NCBI GenBank assembly: GCA_002269645.1
Contig: NIVC01001268.1
Coordinates: 1 to 64,000, forward strand
Reading direction: 5' to 3'
Length of the DNA stretch: 64,000 nucleotides
Origin: Macrostomum lignano
Taxonomy: Eukaryota
Below, piece after piece: positions 1 to 13,411 of the stretch (the stretch's first letter is position 1; the number at the start of each line of letters is the position of its first letter). The translations under genes were made by a program, and so were the position numbers. A model generated the notes under the pieces. The model had not been told where the DNA came from, did not search any database, and worked only from the letters and a program-made list of their open reading frames with translations.

Positions 1-180
1 CGGCCCACCGTTCTCTTCAGCCCAGTTCAAGAGCTTCCTGGACAGCTACGGAATTCGGCAGCGCCTCATCACACCGTTACAATCCACAGGCCAACGGCGC
101 CACCGAGCGTTTGAATCGTTCCATCAACAAGGTGGTGCGCGCTGCGATCGCACAGGAAGCGCGACTGGAGAGCGGCCCTT
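1..180 (+). mobile_element. Ty3/Gypsy retrotransposon integrase-core fragment (degenerate, runs off window start)
   Basis: Translates GPPFSSAQFKSFLDSYGIRQRLITP-(1-nt shift near 78)-NPQANGATERLNRSINKVVRAAI, the second-D/E part of the retroelement DDE integrase core. Confidence 0.85.
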
Positions 181-743
181 GACGAGTGGCACAATTGACA
201 CAATTAGAATCAAAGCCACAGTCACAATAAGAGTCACAATGAGAATCACAAAAATCAGTAGAAATAAAAAATAGCTGAACGAATTCATCGCACAGTTTGG
301 ATAATTACGAGTAATTAGTATTTTTTTTTATTTTGCTACATTTTGGGGTGACGATTGAAGCTGATAAATTAATTTCTAATTAGCGCTAGCTACTGTAAAA
401 TGGATTAAATTATAATTTTAATGTATCTTGGGCAGGGCTGGTACATTATCATTAATTTGAAGGGTCATCATATACTTAAAAAAAATAAATTTTAGCTAAC
501 ATGATTGGTTAGAAGTTTTATGGGGTTTAGAAATCTGTAATGACAGTACCATATCTAGCTAGTAATATAAAACTTGGATTACAATAATCAAGTACTTTGG
601 GCGAGACTGGCAGAACAAGCAGTTACCATAGCTAGATAATTTGCTAATGATTAATAATTAATGTATAGATAGCTTAGTTGCAGCCAAGAAACCTTCATAT
701 TTCCATGGCAAGTTTTCACTAATTGATTTTCTAGAACACTTCT

Positions 744-3700
744 TCACTCAAGGCCGGATGTCCGCCTCCAGCAGGCCACCGTTCTCGCTTCCGGATCCGG
801 AACCACCACGACCGGCTGCTCACAGTAGGCGCCCTTGAGCTCGGCCGAGTTTGAACGACACACGAATTTGCGCTGGCCGGCCCTGGCCGGGTTCAGCGTC
901 AGAGAGCACTTGGCGGTTTGGCCCGGTGCCAAGTCGCTGTGGAAGTTTGTTTGAGGGTATGTGAGTGCATTGCTGTGTGAGCACTGATGCTCTAGATGCA
1001 AAGAATGGTACGCTAGTGCTTTCGTTGACTATTCACAGTCACATTAAGAGTCACATTCATTCACAGTCACAATAAGAGTCACATTCACAGCCACATTTAG
1101 AGTCTCATTCACAGTCACATTTAGAGTCACATTCATTCACAGTCACAATCAGAATCACATTCACAGTCACAAACAGAATCACATTCACAGTCACAATAAG
1201 AGTCACATTCATTTACAGTCACAATCAGAATCATCACATTCCAGTCACAATAAGAGTCACATTCACAGTCACAATAAGAGTCACATTCATTCACAGTCCC
1301 AATCAGAATCACATTCACAGTCACAAAAAGAGTCACATTCATTTACAGTCACAATAAGAGCCACGGCCACAGTCACACTAAGCGTAATAACACAAAGATA
1401 TGCAAACTTACTGAGGCTACACAGGGCTACTTGGCAGGTTTTACATGGGTTTTACATGCTCTATACTGCTAATAGTAGTGCAACAGAGGCCTCACCTGAC
1501 CGGATAGTCGGCCAGCTGGCCGCGAAGGCCTGGACCGTCAACTGAGAAGGCGCAGCCGGTGAGGTTGATCGGCAGCGGATTCATGAATGAGCAGTTCAGA
1601 CGGAAGTCCTTGTTCTGCTTCAGCTCGCCCGTCAGCTGAAATAATCAAATCATACTACTTTAAAAATTGTATCTCAGATAAAAATCACATAGAAAAAATC
1701 ATTTTGTTATGTACTCACTTCGATGAGCACATCAGGCCGAGTCACGTGGATGATAGACTGGGACACTTGCTTGCGACCATCCGCGTCTGTCAGCACAGCG
1801 ACAATCTCGAAGCCGAACTCTTCGGTACCACAGTCTTTCACGTAGTCCTCGGCGGCTACGGAGAGCTTCATGGTCTTGGCTGTGGGGAAGATGGTTAAAA
1901 TCAATAGAAAGAGTAGACAATGACTGAAACAGAACTTTACGGTCCAGCCAGACAAGCAAAAGTCTTACTAGCTCCAGCACGGATGTTCAGCGAATCCTTC
2001 TCTTGTTTAACAGTGCCCATAATGTGGCCATTGTACTTCTTAATAGTCACGGTGGCCGTGTACTGGAGTTGCACCACCTGTTTAGATTGGTTCTCATCTC
2101 CAGGCCAATATCCAGGTTGCTGCCGAACAGGCAGGTGTTGGGCGCGTTCAGACTCAACCGGATGTAGCGCTCCTTAGCGGCGTCGTTTGTCCTGTCGCAG
2201 GCGGCCACGTTGAGCTGACTCTCGGCGCACTTGAATGCCTCCTCCTCCTCCGGGGTGCCTTCGTTGTACTTGTACTGGTGTGTCACGTCCTGGCGCTCGT
2301 CGGAGCCGACAGCTTTGGTGCTGATGCTCTGGCCGACTTTGCGCGGATCGGAGAAGATCTCCTTCCGGCTGCCGTCCTTGCCGATCGCCCAGTGCTTGAT
2401 GCAAGCGTTCACCTCGGCGAAAACAAACTTGCCGTCGAACTGCAGGTTAACCAAGCCGCGTTTAATAGCGTTGAGCGAGCAGGGCCCGGTCTGATAGATG
2501 TCCTCGCTGGTCTCCTGCGGAGTGGCATCGATGGCCTGCCAGCCGTCGAATTCGCCGTTCTCAGCCAGATCGGGCCGGCGCATCCAGAGGTCGTTCCACA
2601 CGTGGAAGTTCCTGCCACGTCAAGGTTTCAAGCGCATTTAGTTTTTTGGTTGCTTGTTCTATCCGGGTGTAGCTTGGTTGATTAAGATTCAACTATCTTC
2701 TAAACTATTTCGTGTCTGCCTATGATGGGCTACGTTGGCTTCATTGACTAAAATCCTACTATTACACACTTATTACCATACATGGAAGAGCATACACCGT
2801 GTGTGTGAAAGTGACAATGACCCTCCATCGTTTAACGTTTTCAGTTAGACTGCAGAGCTGCAACTCACCAGACCGAATCGGAGTTCCGGTCCGTAATCGG
2901 CATGTACGAGTCGTCGAAATAGTTGTCGACGGTCAGATTGGCGTCCGTGTCGTGGGCCGAGTCGAAGTTGGTGACGCTGCGACACGGGATGCCCAGGGAA
3001 CGAGCGACTACAATTTTTGTTATCGTTTTTTTTTAAATTTCTTTAAGTCGGTAGTTATATATTCTAAAGAAGTCCTGGGATAAACTTTAAATAGATGGCA
3101 TAATAATCGATCAACATTGCTGCTGGCGCAGGTAACTCACGCGATGTCATGCAGCCGGAGAAGACCCAGCACTGACCGAACTGCACCGGAGTCTGAGTGC
3201 GGAAGTACTCCTCAATGATGCGTAGGCTGCCCTTCCACTCGGTGGGCGCCACGCCTCCGCTGTAGTTGCCAGACCAGTTGCCAACTAGAAGTCCATCGTC
3301 ATCAACGTTGTTGACCATGGCGGACAGGGTGCGCGCAACCAGGACCGGATCGCCCCAGTTCTCCCACTTCAGGCTGGACTTGGCGAGCAGCAGCAGGGCG
3401 CAAGAGAGGACCGGGTTTTCGAACTGGGTTTGGAATTGATGGAATTGCTTGGTTTGAGAATTGAGAATTCATCAATAAAGACTTTGATGCCCCTAACAAT
3501 GCGATCTGTGAGGTATTTTATTCGACACCTTCTAACGTATTTGTCAAGGTATCTGAAGAGCTATCGAAATGAGTAGTCAAAGAGGCATTCTGTGAGGTAT
3601 CTCTTAAGATAAGCTATGAGGCATATTGTAAAGTATCACTTGAGGTATTGGAAAAGTATCTGAATAAGCGTCTTATGAAGTATTTAAAGAAATATCTTGT

Positions 3701-5760
3701 GAGACATCTTATGAGATAGGTTGAAATTCATTTGAGGAGGTGTCCAAATGAGGTATCTGGAAAGGTACGGTTACGGGTGAAACATAGCTGGCATAGTGTA
3801 AAACATTTTTTATTTTGTGACATATCTCTTTGCAGTTAACTTAATTTGTTTTAGTCAGCGCGAAAACCGTTGCTTGCAGGCGGAGTTTTCAAGTACTGAA
3901 ATGTATTGCTGACACCGTGCAACCAAAGATCTAGGGGTCGGTCGTACTATAAAGCTGTCGTAGCGTAAGTTCGATCGTACGTCGGAACTTTTACACTGCG
4001 GAGATAGGAGCTAAGAATGATCTTATCTTATGCTGGCTTTATAGAACGGGCCCCTAATCTGTGAAGTGCCTTAATCTATTCTACGGCAGACAGCACGCAT
4101 CCAAGCGAGCTGTGCGCGAAATTCCACGGGCAACTTTTCTGACGCGATCTCTTAGCGCCGTCGTGTGACTTGGAAAACTACTGGCACTTTCCTAAGCGGC
4201 TGCCGTGTCATGGAATTAAAAAAACCTGTCATTTTCTTTTTCAGACAATAGGAACTATAGGAGCGTTTCATCCCGCAAATTCGATACTCGAGAGGCTAAT
4301 AACCTACCTGGGCAAAGTACCAGGGGCGACTGCCGATTTTCCTGGACGAGCCAAAGTACACGCGACCCTCATCCTGCAGCACGTACTCCTGACGCTCATC
4401 TTCCTTAGTCATGTAGACCAGATCGTCTAGAGAGGTTGGGCAAGAGTCGGGAGGTTGTGGGTGACTGTGGCAGAGCCTTCTACCGAAATTGCGTACACTT
4501 GCCAAGGACTACAGGTAGTGCGAATATGTACATGTAACACGTCCAAATTATGAACAACTAATTTAGGAGGACGTTTGACGGGAAGTTGATCGCTAACTCC
4601 TACCTTCGTGAAACGGATTGAAGATTAGGTAGATGGGGAAGTTGATCTCGGTTGAGAAGTACTCGTTGCGGCTGCGCCAGACGCTCACCCCGGTGATGTT
4701 GTACTTGGACACCACGGCGTTGACTCGGCTATAAAAAATCACCGTGACGGTGCGCTTGTCGGCTTTTTGAATCACCTGAAGGTGGCAATTTCGATTCGAA
4801 GATAGAACAATTGTAAACTATCAAAAATTGCTATTAACTATAAAGTAAACAAGCAAAAACGTTCCAATTGAAACGAGTCCGTTTTTGCATATAACAAAAC
4901 TCACCCGAAATATTTGAATCGGCGCTGAATTCGTGTCGTCCAGTAAAAACTTGCGAGGACTCTGAAGTTGTGGGTTTGTGCTTTGTTTTACAATATAGTT
5001 TTTTGTAGCCTAATATTTGCCAACCCAGAGGCATTTTAACCGTAGCCATAGGTATTAGTTGTCAGCTTAACTGGTCATTCACTAAGGGGTGACTCAAGCA
5101 GCTGTGTACTAACCGCAGTCATCTCTCCTTAACTTCGCCGTGCCAGCCCCAAAGCTGCAAAGACACTGCAGTAGCAGTCCGACTGCTAATCGACCACTAG
5201 GCTACCGCATAACAGGTGTCCATAACAAGTTTTCCAAAACGGAAAGATGTTGTCCTTAGTCATCATTTGTCTGCTTGAAAATATTATATAGTAGCCCAGA
5301 GATCAAGGACGTAAGAGTATTACCCAACAAGAGACACCAGTTAATGCAGAATCTACCCATGGACAAGTTCAAATACAAGAAGACACGCTTTCAACGCACC
5401 TCCTTGACCTTCCATTGGAACTTGAGATGCTCAGCCCCATAATCTTCGGCGGCCAGGTGCACAGTCAGCAAGTCGTAATCGTCAATATCGTTGTCGAATC
5501 GAAAGTCCAAACGGAACGGAGCGCCGCGACGAACAACCAGGCCGGTGTGCTCGGTGTTGATGTCGTACTGCTCAGTGTAGTGATGGAACCCGTTGTGCCG
5601 GAAATGGGGGTTCACGCCCAGCAGTTTGATCGGCTTCTCGGCTGCTCGGTAAGGATAAAGAAGGTAAGTAATGAAGTTAATTATTCAAGAGCTCACATCT
5701 TATCGTCTCGTTGTTACAACTACGATAGTGTTCTTTACCTGCGCTCAAAATGTCTGTCAT
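744..5760 (-). CDS. Protein-glutamine gamma-glutamyltransferase (transglutaminase), 10 coding exons, ~704 aa if one missing base at ~2091 is restored
   Basis: Exons (minus): 5760-5739, 5641-5400, 4775-4604, 4426-4308, 3423-3141, 3007-2869, 2611-1969, 1879-1719, 1635-1496, 936-744. All introns GT-AG with matching phases. Motifs LVVRRG, EYVLQDEG, FGQCWVFSG (catalytic Cys), TNFDSAHD, WNFHVWND (His), WQAIDATPQE (Asp), and two C-terminal beta-barrels (FMNPLPINLTGC). Exon 7 is one base short of frame. Confidence 0.93.
1030..1375. repeat. Degenerate minisatellite (CACATTCACAGTCACAATAAGAGT-type, ~24 bp) in transglutaminase intron 9
   Basis: Directly visible imperfect tandem units. Confidence 0.9.
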
Positions 5761-8700
5761 AATCTTCAAATCCTTGAACTTTTTCTCACCTCACCTCCTC
5801 TTCCTATTGCTCGTTAAGTCACTCTACAGATTTGTACACTTTAGGGAGCGAAGTTCTGCACCTGATTTTGTGGATCTTGGTCATCGACAAAATACTCAGA
5901 ACCAATTTGAAAGTAAAGAAGACACGCTTAGTGTTTTAAAAAGATGCCCGGATGAAATCAGTGCCATGAGTGACCCAGTTTGTATAATTATCTAAGAAAT
6001 GACTTACCAACAGCCGGGTTAATTTGGGGGATTCTGCAGCTCAGAATCATATTACTCAATGTAATTTTTTCTTTAGTTTCGGAAGAAACAGAGCAGAATG
6101 AGCAACTAGCGATGCAGGTGGGGTTTCGAACGGAACGGTAGAAAAACGGGGCAAACGAAAATATTGAGTATTGATTGACAAAGTCTAAGTTTTTGTTGTT
6201 AACAGCGACTCCTTTTTATTATAATAATTATTGTTAGTCGCGGCGAATATGTGATTTCTTCTTCGTTTGGTGAGGCTGTAGGCGGCTCGGCTTCTGATCG
6301 TCATGCGGCAGTCTGTGTTCAAAGTTATGGTCGATGCAAAAACGCTCTAAGGGTGTTCACCTACTGAATGGTGAGACTGCAGCTTTGCTTGAAAGCGATA
6401 TGCTTAAGAAAGTCTCTAGAGACACTTCTCTCTGTGGTGGCTCTTTTATTTTCTGGGAGCTTAAGGATAGCTGCTAGCAATGGCTGGTTGACTAAATGAC
6501 CAAAAAACTGGTTTGAGTCGGAGTTGTTGTTTGTAAACGTGAACGCTGCTGTCTGGCTGTGAAATGGTAGGCTTGATTAAAACTTGTCTCTTCTATCTGA
6601 CTGCGATTGCCGGTTATGTGCACCCGTAGCGACCATGCGGGGCCCACAATGGAATTAACCAGATTAAGCCAGCTGATAACAAAGTCACGCCCGCATGTTG
6701 CAAAACTGCACCATGTTCGGCTGCATGTCTATTTAATCTATACATACTTGAAATTTTCTAGTTAGCTAGTGAACCAAAGTCACATGACCTGTGCTGTAAA
6801 CCTTTCGAATGTTTTTCACTGTAAGAATTCTTTATTTGGCTGCAAATAGTGATAAGAATTGGGGTTAGAATTTTCAATTAGCAAGTAGGACCGAAGATGC
6901 AATACAATTCTTACCTGCACTCATTTTGACTTGCATTGTAATAATTGAATTATTGAATATTCGCCCTTGAATTAAGCAGACTCTGCCAGCTGTTGATGTC
7001 GTGCTGCTGTGATTCTTCTCGCAGACAATAACCAGCCAAATTTATAAGCCTCTGAGCAGATTCTGGTGTGCAGGTCGGCTCATTGTGCTGCGGTGTCGGC
7101 TGTCTGCTCAAACTTTTCTTAGCCATGGCACAAAAAGGCATTCGACTGTAGAAGAAGGCTGGGAGAGCCGAGTCATGCTTGGTTGACTGAAGCAACTCTA
7201 CAGCCCTAAGAGTCTTAAACCTGTATAGTTCTGCAGAAGAATGGAAGAGGCTAGCAAAACAATAGGCTATATTTCTTTCTCCATCTGCAAAATCTCTGTC
7301 TATACTTGAATTCTGAATACACCTGCATGCGGTTCATTCATTGTGCGACGCTGTGTTTCAACCCCGTGTGTGCGCCCCCGGGGCAGAGCGGACTTCGAGA
7401 TGCTGGACTGCGTGGCTACTTCTGTAGCAAAATAGGTCTCAAAGCTGTCTGCTCGACCCATACTCAGAAGAAGTCCATCTCTTCTTCTTACCCAACATTC
7501 GCCCCCCCCCCCTCCTAGCTTTCAACTCATAACTCAACTGAAGACGTGCAAAACAAATTTTACAAGCAATTTGCGCACGTGTTTCTAAGCGAGACCGGTT
7601 CTTTCAATTATTGTGAAATAGCTATCTAGGCATTTGAGCTGATTGTCACAGTTAAAATAGCCCTAAGGCTATAGATTCTGTTGACGCAGTGTGTTATTGT
7701 GCATCTCAGAGAACACAATTTGCAATCGGGTCCATAATCTTGAGTTATAAACAGCCATTGATTGGATAGTACGTAGTTTAAATTTTGGTATCGAGCTTAT
7801 TCTTTTCATTCAGTAATTTTCAAAATAAAAAAATAAACGCAACACAGTGCTCGGTTGTAAGTCAATTATAAGCTTTCACCGCAAACCAAAATTGGTCTCA
7901 TATACGCTTAGCAATATACTTAGCTATACAAACGCTTTTGAGCAGCAATCTAGCTGGTAGAGTTTTAGTGCATTATGATTATGAAACCGTGTTTAGGTTG
8001 AAAGTGCTGAAACTATAGGAAAATATCCATGACGAAAACGATCAATATAGGAATTGAATTAATAATAAATTCAATCATAATTGACTCAGTTATCTAAAGC
8101 GTGCAGTGCTCAGAAAAAAAACTGATTGAGGAGTGCGTCAGCGCGACTAATTCGTAAACTTGGGAACTTGAAGGTGCGAAAATTTGATTATTGTGACATG
8201 CCAGAAAAATAGTTGAATTTTTGCTTTAAATTTTTTCGAGCTAAATTTTATATTAGAACCGCAGGCGCGGCTTTACGATTAAAAATGACGCGATGATGGC
8301 AAAAGTGACTGAGGTCGTGCATTTGAGGGCATGGAATTCAATAAAGTGGCACATTATTATAACAAACAAATGATTGCTAATTTAAACAGCCACATCCTTA
8401 AATTTCAGTTTGGAAAAGTTTCTTATGAAATGAGTAAACGAATGAAAGTTGCCGGATCGGTCGACACGCGACTCCTCGAGGGCTACGGAATTTCTGTAGC
8501 GTTTTGAACGCGCACAGCGAAATTCGAAATTCGAACTTTTTTGTGGTATAGCTTAGATGATTGTTCGGAAAATTTCTGACGCGTAAATATCTGTCGGTAA
8601 CAATGAGTAAATATGATTGCATGCAAAATAATTTCTTCATAGCTATGTATGATTCGTGTCATTTAAGACTGATATAAACCTATACGTTTCTTGTCACGGC

Positions 8701-9410
8701 GTCCAGTACGTGTACTTCGTATTTCAAAGTAATATTGAACAGATCCCCCTTATTTGTTCAGACCCTTCAATAGCAGTCTCTTAGGTCAACATTTTGTTAG
8801 CCTAATCGAATTGAATTAAAAATCACCAAGCAACCACAGAACGAGAAATTCTTCGCTAGCTTAAGGCTGGGCACAGTCAATAAGACACTGGGCGGACCTA
8901 CAAGTGTGAAGTGGGCGCTTTGAAGTGCTAACTGAAGATTTGCTATAACGAGACTTAGCAGGATGGCTGCAGGCCCGTCATTTCCTGCCACAGAATGTAC
9001 ACAGCATGATCAATGACGCGTTTCGAGAAATTTCTTGCACAAGAGTTACTATCATCCTTGCACTAGCTGGTCTCATTGTGAAGAAAAATTAAGCAATTCT
9101 CAATTTTCATAATTTTTATTCGTACTACTGATGAAGCTTATAATATAAGTAGGCTGCACGAATTTAATTTTTTTGTAGTCGGAACCATCGTTGAGCATTC
9201 TGTGTATTTTCTGTGATTTCCCGTATACTATAGGTGCAAACTAAGATAAAATCTCGCGATGAGACGTTACATTTTGTTTGACTACAGTGAGTTTCCGAAT
9301 TTGTAGGAAAACCTCTAAATGATTAGCTCAGTTGATTGTAGTCCCAATAACTAAGGAAGTGGCCAATCTGGTGATATCTGAGAAGTTGACTGACTTTATC
9401 TATGAACTAG

Positions 9411-11224
9411 TCACTGTCTCCGCCGCAGTGATCGATTTTCGCCGCCTCCAGCAGCCACCTGCACAGCTCCAGCCGCGATGGAGATCAGCCAGCCGATCAC
9501 GCAAGCCGCCGGGCCAGCGCGAGCCTGGCAACGACGCCACTCGAAGCGTCCCTGGCGAACGCATCTCTCCAGGTTGGCCTCCAGACAGCCGATCATCGAT
9601 GCCAGAGCTAGGTGGAGGAAGAACACGCTGGCTAGGATGCACCCGGCGCCAAGGCATAGTACTGCGGACCACGCGAAGGTCATCACTGACAGCGGCCGGA
9701 CCAGTAGTTGAGCAAAAATAGCCAAGAGCACGATAGATGCCACTAGGACGCCGAGTTTTTCCCGAACCGACACGGTCTGTTCGTCGCTAGACGATGCAGT
9801 ACGCGACTTTGGTAGATTTTTTTGCTTGCGCTGGACGAAGCGCCACGACTGCAGGCCGCATCCGCTGGTTCGATCCTCGAAGTCGCATCGTTGCAGGCTC
9901 TGTCTGAGAAGAGCGCTCGGTGGTGCACCTGCCGTTACGACGTACAGCCTGCGATGCAGGCGCTGCAACTCGCGCCAGACGTTGCGCGAGGCTTGCAGTG
10001 CGCTGCGCTGGCTGAGGAACCCGATCAGGGCCGGCGGGTCCTGGCCGAGGTCGCGCGCTTGAAACGTTGCAGCCAGACGAAGGTCTTCGGCGGTCACTGG
10101 ACGAGACGACAGGCGCATGGACTCGACGCGACAGCCCCTAGTCAGGCCCGAGGTCAGGATGGCCTCTCGGAGGAATTCCAAGTGCGGCAGCAGCGCGGGC
10201 TCTTCGCAGAAGCAGACGACAGCCAGTCGCAGTTGCTGGTCAGATTCAGACAGAGCTGCAATGACTGCAACGAGGTCGCACCAGCTGTCTGCTCCGTGGA
10301 AGTGCAGTGAGAATGCCTGGGATTGGATTGGAATATTGAGATAGTCGATTATTTTATGACAAAAGTTACGTCATCATCAGCTCCTGTGTTCTATTCCGTT
10401 CGCGGTCACAATAAGTTGACTTGTGTGATTTACTTCAGGTTTGCCCCTGAAAGTGAAAGTGCCCCTCTTTGTGATTTTATAATGACTGTTTGCCTTCACC
10501 CTGACTGATAGTCGACTGCCGCCTTGAATCATAGCAAAGCCCAAACCCCCTGCAACAAGCAAGCCCAAGATGAACACCCAAATGCTAACTGTCGTTCAAC
10601 CACTAAATAGTCAAGCTGAACCATTCACCAGAGACCCAGTGTTGCATTCGAAACTAGGCTCACCTTTTCTTCGCAACTACAGTCGACCTGTTCGGCATCA
10701 GCTCCACTAAAATCGCCCACCAATTCGGCCGCTTTCAAGGCTAGATAGGCTCTAGTAACATCCGGTCGGAAGCGCTGTCTCAGGTGTCGCAGCGTCAACT
10801 CGTTGCCGCAGCCGTTTGTCTTCTGGCTGTGACCGTTGGCTCCGCTGTTACTGCAGCCGCCGCCTGTGGGGCACCAGCGCAGAGAGTTCACGTAGCGGCG
10901 CAGAGTCTCGGCGTCGACTTGGCCGGCTGAGCTGCTGCCAGGTCGCCACTCGGTTTGTTCGTCGTCCGTTTCGTCCTCATCGCCGCTGAAGCCAAGCTGA
11001 TGAAGCTTCGGTCCATTCTTATTGCCCTTTCTGTTGTTGTTGTTGTTGTTGTTGTTATTGTTGTTGTTTGTGAGCATCAACAGCAGCTGGTCCAGCTGCG
11101 CCTCTATGCTTGACGCCACAGAGTCGATGAGGTCCAAGCCGCAGCCCTCGTTGGTGCCAAATGCAGCGGCAGACGAGCACAAGTGATTGGAAGCCCGAGT
11201 TTGAGTCAGGTTCAACTGCAGCAT
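9411..11224 (-). CDS. Uncharacterised 2-exon protein (~488 aa) with poly-Asn tract and C-terminal hydrophobic (2-3 TM) segments
   Basis: Exon 1 11224-10664 (ATG CTG CAG...GAA AAG|GTGAGC, phase 0). Exon 2 10316-9411 (ATCCCAG|GCA TTC..., phase 0) is open to the stop and extends the 9411-10181 ORF upstream. No family motif recognised. Confidence 0.7.
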
Positions 11225-12577
11225 CGCCCTGTGTGAAGCTGCAGTGTGAGCAGCCTGCCTGTTCAATGTTCTGTTAGATTGAAGACGTTTTGGTTTTGTT
11301 CTTCTTTTAAATGAACTCAGTAGTCTGTTTTGGTTTTGAGTTCGGCTAATCTGCGACTTATGAGAATAACGCAGTACGTGGCGAACTATTAAAGTACTTT
11401 ACTTGTTGATAAAGCATTACTTCTATCGTATCTAAAGTATAGTTAGGCAGCGAACGAATCACCCAGACGCCCCTAATCGCCGGTTCCGTAGTTTGTTGCA
11501 GCGTCAGCGACTCAGGACGGGACAAGTTCGAAATTTCGGATATAAGTCTATAAAGCTCCCATTTTGTTTCAAATTATAGAGTTTTTTCCCAATTTGAAAA
11601 TTTCTCAGATTTAGAATTATTCACTTAATCGTTACCGTGTTTCCTACACATAATAAATAATAATAAATATTAAAAATCAACAAAAATATTTGCAGGAGAT
11701 TTGTGGGCACCCTGCTGCATGGCGCAACGCCTTCGGGACATCGTCCCACAAAACCAGCACTGACAGCAAATCTGCCCAAGTCTATATGTGCCTTCATGGG
11801 GGCTGGCCATCATGATGGGTGTGCATACTCGTAGCTGAAAATGAGGCGCTTACCGTTGCTTGCAGAATCCAGATAAACTTTTTCGAATGAACTATTCAAT
11901 TCAGATTTGTAACAAACAGAAATTCATTGTTCGCATAGCTCATTTTCGATTTCAGTTGCAGATTTTCTTGGCTAGTAGTACAATTATTAACTGATCAAAA
12001 CGTCGAGAAGAAACGAATCAGACTGCAGTACCAGTGTAGCAACTGCAGGTCCCCAACTTCAGCAAACAGCCTGACTTTTATAATTATTGCTTCTCGGCAA
12101 TGCTAGACTCTCAGAGAAAAGCCACTCTCTCTGCAAAATCCAAACGCTAAAAAAATTCTAGAGAGCAATGGCTGCAGTATAGTATGTCCCGTGTGTGTGC
12201 AAGCTAGCAAATCGATTTTCCTTACACGATTGAATTGCTTGAATAGAAGTCAGTAGCGCGCGTAGATCTGAGCTCTCAACTCGGTCCCAAGCCTGTACGG
12301 ACACCCCCTCCGATCAACCTCCCCATATTGAGTCCCTGAGAGCAATAAAAATCGATCAGTTCTGCTCTGGGCGAACAAAAGCTTTAAAAATTCCAGAGAC
12401 TAAAACCGGACCAAGTGAGAGAAGGAGTTGCCGTGTTTTTTGTTAGCCAAGCGTCGATCGTACGGGGTCTTGATCTGAGCGAGTAGTAGTACGCGCACGT
12501 GTGGATTTCTTTGCTGGCTTTAATTTTTACTAATGCATATATTTATTTCTCTAGGAGAGTCGATACTGAACTGCTAG

Positions 12578-13411
12578 AAGGCGCGTCATCACCGGGGGGA
12601 CAGGGGGACATGTCGTCCCCAGTAAAAGCGCTGAGCTGGGGGGGGGACTTTAATCCCCCCGCGGCGCTAAAATGAGTGCCTGCGGCGCTAAAATGAGTGC
12701 CTGCGGCGCTAAAATGAGAGCCTGCGGCGCTAAAATGAGTGCCTGCGGCGCTAAAATGAGTGCCTGCGGCGCTAAAATGAGTGCCTGCGGCGCTAAAATG
12801 AGTGCCTGCGGCGCTAAAATGAGTGCCTGCGGCGCTAAAATGAGTGCCTGCGGCGCTAAAATGAGTGCCTGCGGCGCTAAAATGAGTGCCTGCGGCGCTA
12901 AAATGAGTGCCTGCGGCGCTAAAATGAGTGCCTGTGGCGCTAAAATGAGTGCCTGTGGCGCTAAAATGAGAGCCTGCGGCGCTAAAATGAGTGCCTGCGG
13001 CGCTAAAATGAGTGCCTGTGGCGCTAAAATGAGAGCCTGTGGCGCTAAAATGAGAGCCTGTGGCGCTAAAATGAGTGCCTGTGGCGCTAAAATGAGTGAC
13101 TGCGGCGCTAAAATGAGTGCCTGTGGCGCTAAAATGAGAGCCTGTGGCGCTAAAATGAGAGCCTGTGGCGCTAAAATGAGTGACTGCGGCGCTAAAATGA
13201 GTGACTGCGGCGCTAAAATGAGTGCCTGTGGCGCTAAAATGAGTGCCTGTAGCGCTAAAATGAGTGCCTGTGGCGCTAAAATGAGTGCCTGTGGCGCTAA
13301 AATGAGTGCCTGCGGCGTTCATTTTACATGTATATTTTTATGTACATGTACATATTGAATTATTGCATGGCTTTGTCCCCCCCCATTATTAATTCCATGG
13401 CGACGCCCCTG
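12578..13411. mobile_element. Non-autonomous hAT-type element (MITE) carrying an internal tandem array
   Basis: Perfect 8-bp direct repeat ACTGCTAG at 12570-12577 and 13412-13419. Imperfect TIRs AAGGCGCGTCATCA / CAGGGGCGTCGCCA (10/14). Confidence 0.7.
12661..13318. repeat. 21-bp tandem repeat GCGGCGCTAAAATGAGTGCCT, ~31 copies
   Basis: Directly visible; accounts for the 7-aa periodic ORFs. Confidence 0.97.

Noticed and set aside
11690-11900. GC-richer island with splice-like signals
   Set aside because: No frame gives a recognisable peptide, and the apparent 19-nt intron is too short.
12543-13358. 259-aa and 228-aa periodic ORFs (also those at 27779-28815, 33606-34057, 37457-38402, 39659-40706, 44827-45391, 46149-46984)
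   Set aside because: Translations of tandem arrays, mostly inside defined introns.
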